A stretch of 52,091 bases of DNA, taken from Conexibacter woesei. Its GTDB lineage: Bacteria; Actinomycetota; Thermoleophilia; Solirubrobacterales; 70-9. Where the stretch lies: assembly GCA_040393665.1 (NCBI GenBank), contig JBEBTS010000001.1, positions 1-52,091 on the forward strand, written 5' to 3'. Below, one piece after another: positions 43,194-51,716 of this stretch; the stretch's first letter is position 1; every line of letters starts with the position of its first letter. Under the pieces are notes generated by a model. The model saw only the letters and a list, made by a program, of their open reading frames with translations, was not told the DNA's origin and ran no database searches. Both the position numbers and the translations under genes were made by a program.

Positions 43194-43982
43194 CTAGCGC
43201 TTCGAGAACTGCGGCCGCTTACGGGCCTTCTTGAAGCCGGCCTTGCGGCGTTCCTTGGCCCGGGCGTCACGGGTCAGGAACCCACGTCGCTTGAGCTCGG
43301 AGCGCAGCTCCGGATCGGCTTCGGTCAGCGCCCGGGCGATGCCGTGACGGACCGCTCCGGCCTGGCCGGAGATGCCGCCGCCGTGAACCCGGATGCGGAT
43401 GTCGACGGCCGACTCGTAGCCGGTGGCGACGAGCGGCGAGTTGACCACGGTCCGGTGACGGGCGCGCGGGAAGTACTCGTCGATCTCACGATCGTTGATG
43501 GTGATCTTGCCCTCGCCGGCGAGGACGATCACGCGGGCCACGGAGCGCTTGCGCTTGCCGGTGGCGATGAAGCGGGCGTCCTTGGCGATCGTGACCGGAT
43601 CCTTGACGGCCAGCGGCGCGTCGTCCTCATCTTCCTGCTGGGCCGCGGCCTCACGCTGGGCGCGCTCTTCCTCTTCGGCCTCGAGACGGGCGCGCTCCTC
43701 GGCGGAGAGCTCGGCCTCGGGCTCGATCGAGATCGGCTCGAGATCGGCGCCGGGCGGCAGGTCGGACTTCTTCTCCTTGGCCGCGACGACTTCCTCGGCG
43801 GCTTCCTCCGCGGCCGCTTCGACCTCGATCTCGCCGGTGGCCTCGGCCGGAGCCTCTTCGGCCGCAGCCGGGGCTTCCTCGGTGGCCTCGACGGCGACTT
43901 CCTCGGTCACGACCTCTTCGGCCGGAGCTTCCTCGGGGGTCACGCCCTCGGCCTCAATCTCTTCGTTCTTCTCTTCGCTCAC
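43194..43982 (-). CDS. rpsI: 30S ribosomal protein S9 with a ~130-aa Glu/Ala-rich N-terminal extension
   Basis: The C-terminal ~130 aa are canonical S9 ([12 protein letters not shown]...[19 protein letters not shown]...[12 protein letters not shown]). The GTG start overlaps the rplM stop (GTGA). There is no in-frame ATG/GTG/TTG near the S9 core. Confidence 0.88.
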   Translation of the reverse strand: MSEEKNEEIEAEGVTPEEAPAEEVVTEEVAVEATEEAPAAAEEAPAEATGEIEVEAAAEEAAEEVVAAKEKKSDLPPGADLEPISIEPEAELSAEERARLEAEEEERAQREAAAQQEDEDDAPLAVKDPVTIAKDARFIATGKRKRSVARVIVLAGEGKITINDREIDEYFPRARHRTVVNSPLVATGYESAVDIRIRVHGGGISGQAGAVRHGIARALTEADPELRSELKRRGFLTRDARAKERRKAGFKKARKRPQFSKR

Positions 43983-44413
43983 TTCTCGATCTCCAGGGGC
44001 TTGGGCTGCTGTGCTTGATGGGGGTGCTCCGGGCCGGCGTGCACCTTGAGCTTGAGCAGCTGCTGACGCGCCAGCTTGTTGCGCGGCATCATCCCCTTGA
44101 CGGCCTTGCGGATGACTTCCTCGGGCTGCTTCTCGAGCATCTCGGTGAGGGTCCGCGACTTGATCCCACCCGGGTAGCCGCTGTGGCGCCAGTAGGTCTT
44201 CTGGGTCATCTTGTTACCGGTGACCCTGATCTTCTCCGCATTGATCACGACGACGAAGTCGCCCGTGTCGATGTGGGGGGTGTAGTCCGGCTTGCGCTTG
44301 CCACGCAAGGTGTCGGCGAGCTGGGTCGCGAGACGGCCCAGGGTCTGACCCTCGGCGTCGACGATGTACCAGTCTCTCTGGCGGTTGGTGGGAGTGGCTA
44401 CGAAAGTCTTCAT
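43979..44413 (-). CDS. rplM: 50S ribosomal protein L13
   Basis: 144 aa from ATG 44413: [30 protein letters not shown]... Confidence 0.95.
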   Translation of the reverse strand: MKTFVATPTNRQRDWYIVDAEGQTLGRLATQLADTLRGKRKPDYTPHIDTGDFVVVINAEKIRVTGNKMTQKTYWRHSGYPGGIKSRTLTEMLEKQPEEVIRKAVKGMMPRNKLARQQLLKLKVHAGPEHPHQAQQPKPLEIEK

Positions 44414-44594
44414 GGGAAAATGGCGCTGACAGCAAGTCGCTGCGGAAGCGCGGCCACGGCATGATACGGAACCGGTGCCTCGCGCGCCTTTTGCCCGCCC
44501 TCCCGGCTCCTCGATCCCGGTCCGTCCCGGGCTGCCGGCCCCTCTGGGAGCACCGATCGCCGAACATCCGTCACCGGCCCTCCCTATACTGCCG

Positions 44595-44745
44595 CAATTG
44601 ATAGCCGAGCCCAGCCGGACCACCGGTCGGGGCGGAGGAACCAACTGGGGAGAAATTTCCCCAAGGGGCGAATCGGAGGCATTCACTGCTCCGTAGCGCA
44701 ACTCTTTCAGCGCGAGCCCGCCAGCTAACTCCGCAGGCGCCTGGA
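44595..44745 (+). promoter_or_regulatory. cyclic-di-AMP (ydaO-yuaA class) riboswitch
   Basis: Hand match to the class consensus: GCCGAGCCC...GCGGAGGAACC...GGGGCGAAUC...CCCGCCAGCUAACUCCGCAGGC. Compare the Thermoanaerobacter aptamer ...GCCGAAUCC..ACGGAGGAACC..GGGGUUAAUC..CCCGACAGCUAACUCCGGAGGC. It is preceded by TATACT (44585-44590) and followed by GGAAAGAG and then the TTG start at 44753. Confidence 0.75.
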
Positions 44746-44752
44746 AAGAGCG

Positions 44753-46039
44753 TTGAGAACGAGCAATCGAAATCCTTTCTCACTGGTCGCTTTCGCGGCC
44801 ATCTTCTGCTGCTTGATCCCGGTGGCCGGGGCCTCCGCGCTCACCGCGCAGCCCACGGACCAGACGGATCCCGCCACGGCCGACGGCTCGACCGAGGCCG
44901 GCACCTCCAAGGCGATGAGCAGCCCTGCCGGCGGCATGCTGGTCCCGGACGTCCCCCAGGTCAACGACGTGATCTGCCTCACCGGCTGCACCAAGATCCG
45001 CACCAGCTCGCCCGGCGGCACCGTCCAGATCACCGGCAAGTCGCTCGGCTCGGTCGAGACGGTCAGCTTCGCCGCCGCCAAGGGCCGGGTCATCGCCAAG
45101 CCCGACTCGGTCTCTCCGACCCAGGTCGTGGCGACCGTCCCCACGGGCGCGGCTTCCGGCAAGGTCCGGGTGATCGGCGTCGGCGGCTCCAAGTCGAACC
45201 TCTCCCCCGCGAAGCTCGAGATCGGCGCGGCGATGCGCGCCGGCGGCAAGGTCCGGGTGACCGACGCCTCCACCTCCCCGGCCAAGGCCTTCCAGTTCGG
45301 CAAGAAGATGCCGAAGCTGAACTTCATCGTCGCCAGCGGCCGCGACACGGCCGACCTGAGGGTCGACGTCGTCAACGGCAAGGGCGAGATCGTCCGCAGC
45401 TTCTTCCGCACTGGAGTCCAGACCGGCTCGTCCCAGTCGATCACCTGGGGCGGCAAGGTGACGGGCGGCAAGCTCGCCCCCAACGGCACCTACAAGTTCG
45501 TGATCCGCACCCCGGACGGTGCCGAGGCCGCGCTCTCCAAGAACCTGAAGAAGAAGCGCACGCGCGCCAAGCGCACCCGGGCCAAGACCTCGGCCGCGGT
45601 CGCCGATCCGTTCGGCTTCAAGATCTTCCGCTTCATCTTCCCGGTCAAGGGCGCCCATACCTATGGCGACAGCCCCGGTGCCGGACGCGGCCATCAGGGC
45701 GTGGACATCCTCGCCCGCTGCGGCCTGCCGATCCGGGCGGCCCGTGCCGGAACCGTCTATTACAACGCCTACCAGGCGGGTGGCGCCGGCAACTACCTGG
45801 TGATCAACACCAAGGGCAACGGCGGCAAGAGCCACGTCTACATGCATATGCCGCAGCGCTCCAAGCTCAAGGTGGGTGCCCAGGTCAAGACCGGCCAGGT
45901 GATCGGCCGGGTCGGCACCACCGGCCGCAGCTCCGCCTGCCACCTCCACTTCGAGGAGTGGAGCAGCCCCGGCTGGTACCAGGGCGGCACCTTCCTCGAT
46001 CCCACCACCGCCCTGAAGCGGTGGGACCGCTACAGCTGA
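44753..46039 (+). CDS. secreted M23 (LytM-type) metallopeptidase with N-terminal Ig-like domains
   Basis: Signal peptide; IPT/TIG-like and FlgD-Ig-like segments; a Lys/Arg-rich linker ([13 protein letters not shown]); and an M23 core HQGVDIL...HVYMHM...CHLHFE. Confidence 0.88.
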   Translation: MRTSNRNPFSLVAFAAIFCCLIPVAGASALTAQPTDQTDPATADGSTEAGTSKAMSSPAGGMLVPDVPQVNDVICLTGCTKIRTSSPGGTVQITGKSLGSVETVSFAAAKGRVIAKPDSVSPTQVVATVPTGAASGKVRVIGVGGSKSNLSPAKLEIGAAMRAGGKVRVTDASTSPAKAFQFGKKMPKLNFIVASGRDTADLRVDVVNGKGEIVRSFFRTGVQTGSSQSITWGGKVTGGKLAPNGTYKFVIRTPDGAEAALSKNLKKKRTRAKRTRAKTSAAVADPFGFKIFRFIFPVKGAHTYGDSPGAGRGHQGVDILARCGLPIRAARAGTVYYNAYQAGGAGNYLVINTKGNGGKSHVYMHMPQRSKLKVGAQVKTGQVIGRVGTTGRSSACHLHFEEWSSPGWYQGGTFLDPTTALKRWDRYS

Positions 46040-46098
46040 TCCTTCCGGCCGTCCCGCCTCCCGGCTCCGGCCGCCTCGGCCGCTGCTAGGCTCGGCCC

Positions 46099-46269
46099 AT
46101 GTGCATGCAGTGCGTCACCGGGGCCACGGTGGTCGCCGCCGCTTCGGCGACCGGGATCCGGGCCTGGCTCAAGGTCCATCAGCCCGCCTGGCTCACCGCC
46201 GGCCGCATGAAGCTGGCGACCGCGGTGCTGCTCGCCTGCGGCGTCCTCGCCGCCGGGCTCCAGCCCTGA
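46099..46269 (+). CDS. 56-aa protein with N-terminal CxxC and a C-terminal TM helix (hand-found)
   Basis: MCMQCVTGATVVAAASATGIRAWLKVHQPAWLTAGRMKLATAVLLACGVLAAGLQP*. GC3-rich and below the track length cut-off. Confidence 0.4.
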   Translation: MCMQCVTGATVVAAASATGIRAWLKVHQPAWLTAGRMKLATAVLLACGVLAAGLQP

Positions 46270-46335
46270 CCTGATTCCCGAGCCGGATCGCCTGCAGTCC
46301 GCCCCCGACCCGCCCAGGCGGTCTCGGAGCCGGGC

Positions 46336-47508
46336 TCAGTGGTGGTGGCCGTGCGCGGCGGCTTCCGCCAGCTCGCCGCGACTCAACGTCCGGGCCAGCA
46401 GGGCCGCCAGGATCGTGGTGATCGGCACCGCGGCGATCAGGCCGATCGAGCCGACCAGCGTCGCCACCACCTCCTTGGCCACGATCTCCATGTTCACCGC
46501 CCCGCCGAGGCCGAACTGACCGGATCCGAGGATCAGCAGCACCGGCAGGGAGGAACCGACGTAGGCGAGGACGAGGGTGTTGACCGTCGCGCTGACGTGA
46601 TCCCGCCCGACGTCGATCGCCCGGCGGTACAGCTGGCCGACGCTCTGGCGGGGATTCGCCGCCCGGAGGGCGAGCACGGTCGAGGCCTGGCTGATGGTGA
46701 CGTCGTCGAGCACGCCGAGCGCACCGATGATGATGCCCGCGACGACCAGGCCGCTGATCGACAAGCCGGAGTCCCCGACGGAGAGCAGGCTGGCCTCCTC
46801 CGAGCTGAAGCCGGTCAGGTTCGCGGCCTGGGTGAAGACGACCGCCAGGAGGCCGACCAGGAGCAGACTGAAGGTGGTGCCCAGCACCGCCGCGACGCTC
46901 TTCGGCCCGAATCCGTGCGCCAGGAAGATGGTCACCAGCATGACCGCCATCGAACCGGCCAGCGCGACCGCCAGCGGTGGCTTGTGGTCGAGGATCGCGG
47001 GGATGATGAACATCAGCACGATCACCAGGCTGATCGCGAGCCCGACCAGCGACATCGCCCCGCGCAGCCGGCCGAAGAACACGACCAGCAGGGCGAACGC
47101 CACCGCGAGCACGATCAGCGGCTGCTTCCGCTCGAAGTCGATGATCGAGTAGACCGGCTCGCCCCCGGCAGCCGGCATCGAGGCGACCTTGACCCGGTCC
47201 CCCACCCCGAAGACGGTGTCCTGCGACCGGCTGGTGACGTCGACCGGGACCAGGTTCCCCTGCTCCGGCCCGGACTCGATGCGGATCGACGCCTCGCGGC
47301 AGACGACGTCGTCGATCGGCACCGAGCAGTCGGTCAGCTCGATCTTCTCGATCGTCCCGGGCTCGGTCTGGGTCCGGTTGCCGAACTCGAGCTCGGACCC
47401 CTCGCCACCGCCCGGCCAGAGCAGGGCCACCGCGATCACGGTCAGCACCGCGACCGCGACGACCGCGCCGTGGAACCACATCCTCGGATTGAACTCGAAC
47501 CGACTCAC
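46336..47508 (-). CDS. YibE/F-family membrane protein with a C-terminal HGHHH tail
   Basis: 390 aa: an N-terminal TM helix plus a periplasmic beta-rich domain, then a polytopic YibE/F core (...GVLDDVTISQAS...). It ends AAAHGHHH. Confidence 0.85.
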   Translation of the reverse strand: MSRFEFNPRMWFHGAVVAVAVLTVIAVALLWPGGGEGSELEFGNRTQTEPGTIEKIELTDCSVPIDDVVCREASIRIESGPEQGNLVPVDVTSRSQDTVFGVGDRVKVASMPAAGGEPVYSIIDFERKQPLIVLAVAFALLVVFFGRLRGAMSLVGLAISLVIVLMFIIPAILDHKPPLAVALAGSMAVMLVTIFLAHGFGPKSVAAVLGTTFSLLLVGLLAVVFTQAANLTGFSSEEASLLSVGDSGLSISGLVVAGIIIGALGVLDDVTISQASTVLALRAANPRQSVGQLYRRAIDVGRDHVSATVNTLVLAYVGSSLPVLLILGSGQFGLGGAVNMEIVAKEVVATLVGSIGLIAAVPITTILAALLARTLSRGELAEAAAHGHHH

Positions 47509-47565
47509 CGGACGCGGACTATCCCATCCCCGGCGGCGGTTGGGCGCGCCGGGGATGGGCCGAGG

Positions 47566-48840
<1,275 letters not shown>

Positions 48841-48871
48841 CTCGATCCTCCTGTTGTGACAACCCGTTGTA

Positions 48872-48890
48872 AATGAGATCAATTCTCATT
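48872..48890. promoter_or_regulatory. palindromic operator 1 (Zur/Fur-family-like)
   Basis: AATGAGA-TCAAT-TCTCATT is a perfect 7-5-7 inverted repeat in the low-GC divergent intergenic region. Confidence 0.55.
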
Positions 48891-48921
48891 ACTAACAGAT
48901 CGAGGTCCGTTCGCGGCTCTT

Positions 48922-48940
48922 AGTGAGACTGATTCTCAAT
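48922..48940. promoter_or_regulatory. palindromic operator 2 (Zur/Fur-family-like)
   Basis: AGTGAGA-CTGAT-TCTCAAT has the same TGAGA-N5-TCTCA core, and its centre is 50 bp from operator 1. Confidence 0.5.
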
Positions 48941-48985
48941 CTGATATAAAACCCCGGCCCGTCCACCTCAGATTCGGAGACCACC

Positions 48986-50920
48986 TTGCTAGAGCCGTTC
49001 AGCCTTCCCTACGTCCAGGAAGGACTCATCGAGATATTCCTGCTCGCCATCGCCGCCGGCCTGATCGGCTCCTGGCTCGTCCTGCGCGGGCTGGCCTTCT
49101 ACTCGCACGCGATCGGCACCGCCTCCTTCCCGGGGCTCGTGCTCGCGGACGGCATCGGGTTCCCGGCCGCGGCGGGGGCCTTCGGCATGGCGGGCGCGTT
49201 CACCGCGCTGTCCGCCCTCCTGACCCGGTCACGCCGGGCCACCACCGACAGCGTCACCGCACTGACCCTGGTCGCCTGCATGGCCGCGGGCGTGATCCTG
49301 GCCAGCGACGTCTTCAACTCGGGCGCCAACGTCGACACCCTGCTGTTCGGCTCCCTGCTCGCCATCGACTCCACTGACCTCTGGCTGGCCGCCGCGGCGG
49401 CGGCCGTCTCGGCCCTCGCCGTCGGCCTGCTCTCCCACCGCTGGCTGGCCAAGGGGTTCGACGAGACCTCGGCCCGCTCCCTGAACTCGGGCTCGGGCCT
49501 GTTCGACCTCGCTCTGATGACCGTCGTCGCCTTCACGGTGATCGCGGCGCTGAGCGCGGTCGGGGCCCTGCTGGTCGCGGCCCTGATGGTGATCCCGGCG
49601 GCCACCGTCCGCCTCTTCACGCACCGGGTCTCGACCCTGCAGCTGGGCTCGGTCCTGCTGGTGGCGGCGGAGGGCACGGCGGGCCTCTGGCTCTCGGTCA
49701 AGACCAACGCCCCTCCGGGGGCGACCATCGCGGTGGTCGCGGGCGCCGTCTTCGCCCTCGCCGCCCTCGCCCGCCGGCTCCGTCCCTTCCGGCTGATGGC
49801 CCTGGCGGCCACGGCCGGCGCGCTCGGCCTCTTCGCCGCCGGGTGCGGCGGATCCGGAAGCGACCCCGACTCGGGGCAGCTGAAGGTCGCCGCGACCACC
49901 ACCCAGGTCGCCGACTTCGTCGAGCAGGTCGGTGGGGACCGGGTCGAGCTGACCCGCATCCTCCAGCCGAACACGGATCCCCATGAGTACGAGCCGCGTC
50001 CCTCGGACGTCCAGTCCGTCGCGGACGCCCGTCTGGTCTTCCGCAGTGGCGGGCACCTCGACGAGTGGGCCGACCAGCTCGTCGCCGACAGCGGGAGCGA
50101 AGCCGAGGTGATCGACCTCTCCGCCCATCTGCCGGTGAAGCTCCACGGTGGTCACGACCACGAGGGCCATGAGCACGAGGGCGAGGAGTCCCACCAGGAC
50201 GAAGCCGCGCACGGGGACGAGCACGGGCACGAGGATGAGCACGGGCACGAGGGCGAGGTCCACGGGCACGAGGAGGGTCACGACGACCACGACGCGGAGC
50301 ACGATCACGACGCCGCCGACCACGACCACGAGGCGGAGCACGACCACGGGGACGAGGAGGTCGACCCCCACTGGTGGCACGACCCGGTCAACGTGGCCGC
50401 CGCCGTCGGAGAGATCGAGGAGGCGCTGAGCGAAGCCGCCCCCGCCGACGCCGCCCACTTCAAGGCGAACGCCGACGCGTACCGCACCGAGGTGGCCCAA
50501 CTGCAGCGCGCGATCAAGGCCTGCGTCAAGACCGTTCCCGAGGACGAGCGGAAGATCGTCACGGACCACGACGCCTTCGGCTACTTCACCAACCGCTTCG
50601 GCATCGAGACCGTCGGCACGGTGATCCCGGCCCTGACCACCCAGGCCCAACCTTCCGCCGGGGACCTGGCCGACCTCGAGCAGACCATCCGCGACGAGCA
50701 GGTGAAGGCCGTCTTCCCCGAGAGCTCCGTCTCCCCCAAGCTGGCCGAGGCGATCGCTCGCGACACCGGGGCCCGCACGGACTACACGCTCTATGGCGAT
50801 ACCCTCGGCCCGGAAGGGTCCGACGGGGAGACCTGGATCGGGATGATGGAGACCAATGCCGACAACGTCGTGAAGGGGATGACCGGTGGCAAGAGAGGCT
50901 GCGACCTCGGCGATGGATGA
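48986..50920 (+). CDS. in-frame fusion of an ABC-3 (ZnuB/MntB-type) permease and a ZnuA-type metal-binding lipoprotein with a giant His-rich loop
   Basis: Single 644-aa ORF from TTG 48986. Residues 1-~265 form a polytopic permease (..VIPAATVRLFT..). Then comes MALAATAGALGLFAAGC (signal/lipobox-like), followed by a cluster A-I SBP (TTTQVADFV..NTDPHEYEP..HDAFGYF). There is no stop codon between the two parts. Confidence 0.85.
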   Translation: MLEPFSLPYVQEGLIEIFLLAIAAGLIGSWLVLRGLAFYSHAIGTASFPGLVLADGIGFPAAAGAFGMAGAFTALSALLTRSRRATTDSVTALTLVACMAAGVILASDVFNSGANVDTLLFGSLLAIDSTDLWLAAAAAAVSALAVGLLSHRWLAKGFDETSARSLNSGSGLFDLALMTVVAFTVIAALSAVGALLVAALMVIPAATVRLFTHRVSTLQLGSVLLVAAEGTAGLWLSVKTNAPPGATIAVVAGAVFALAALARRLRPFRLMALAATAGALGLFAAGCGGSGSDPDSGQLKVAATTTQVADFVEQVGGDRVELTRILQPNTDPHEYEPRPSDVQSVADARLVFRSGGHLDEWADQLVADSGSEAEVIDLSAHLPVKLHGGHDHEGHEHEGEESHQDEAAHGDEHGHEDEHGHEGEVHGHEEGHDDHDAEHDHDAADHDHEAEHDHGDEEVDPHWWHDPVNVAAAVGEIEEALSEAAPADAAHFKANADAYRTEVAQLQRAIKACVKTVPEDERKIVTDHDAFGYFTNRFGIETVGTVIPALTTQAQPSAGDLADLEQTIRDEQVKAVFPESSVSPKLAEAIARDTGARTDYTLYGDTLGPEGSDGETWIGMMETNADNVVKGMTGGKRGCDLGDG

Positions 50921-51716
50921 CCGGCAGGCCGAACGGCCCGGGGACCGCCCCGGGCCCGAGGAGCCGTCGGTGGTCACGGCGGACCACGTCACCCTCGGCT
51001 ACGGCGGCAAGCCGGCCCTGTCCGGCCTGGAGTTCGCGATCCCGGCCGGATCGCGGGTCGGCCTGCTGGGACCGAACGGGGGCGGCAAGACCACCCTCTT
51101 CCGGGCCCTGCTCGGAGAGCTGAGCCCGCTCTCCGGCAGGCTCGAGGTCGGAGTCAGCAGCGCGACCGTCGCCCAGACCGACCGGTCCCGACTCGACTAC
51201 CCGGTGTCGGCCCTGGACGTGGCGACGATGGGGTCCCTGGCCCGCCTCCCGTGGTGGAAGCGCCCCGGGCGAGCCGAGCGGGCCCGCGCCCTGGACGCCC
51301 TCGCGGAGGTCGACCTGGCCGATCGGGCCAAGACCCGGTTCGGCGACCTCTCCGGCGGCCAGCGCCAGCGAGTGCTGATCGCCCGCGCCCTGACCGCGGA
51401 CGCGGAGCTGCTGCTGCTCGACGAGCCCTTCACCGGGCTCGACTCCAAGAACGAGGCGCGGCTGGAGCAGCTGATCGACGACCTCGCCGCCTCCGGCCGG
51501 ACGGTGATGATCGCCACCCACGAGGTGGAGCAGGCCGAACGGTGGGACCTGGTGCTCTGCCTGAACCACAAGCAGGTCTCGTTCGGGGATCCGGCGGTGG
51601 CGCTCAGCAAGCCGGTCCTGGAGGCGACCTACGGCGGCCACATGGTCGAGATCCCGGGGCAGCCCGGACTGACCGTCCTGCCCGCCCACCACCACGACCA
51701 CGAGGACCGCCGATGA
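50913..51716 (+). CDS. znuC: ABC transporter ATP-binding protein (ZnuC-type)
   Basis: GPNGGGKTT Walker A, LSGGQRQRV signature, LLLLDEP Walker B. ATG 50913 overlaps the upstream stop; GTG 50886 is an alternative start. Confidence 0.9.
   Translation: MDDRQAERPGDRPGPEEPSVVTADHVTLGYGGKPALSGLEFAIPAGSRVGLLGPNGGGKTTLFRALLGELSPLSGRLEVGVSSATVAQTDRSRLDYPVSALDVATMGSLARLPWWKRPGRAERARALDALAEVDLADRAKTRFGDLSGGQRQRVLIARALTADAELLLLDEPFTGLDSKNEARLEQLIDDLAASGRTVMIATHEVEQAERWDLVLCLNHKQVSFGDPAVALSKPVLEATYGGHMVEIPGQPGLTVLPAHHHDHEDRR

Noticed and set aside
43194-43196. In-frame TAG between rpsI and glmM as a recoded (pyrrolysine or read-through) codon producing an S9-GlmM fusion.
   Set aside because: No Pyl machinery is visible. 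S9 ends with its universal ...KRPQFSKR C-terminus exactly at the TAG. Rare-codon initiation or re-initiation is more parsimonious, so fusion is kept only as a remote alternative in the glmM finding.
50148-50429. 93-aa Thr/Arg-rich ORF and nucleotide micro-repeats suggesting an independent repeat element or gene.
   Set aside because: This is fully explained as an alternative frame of the CAC/GAC/GAG-rich DNA that encodes the His/Asp/Glu loop of the ZnuA domain.
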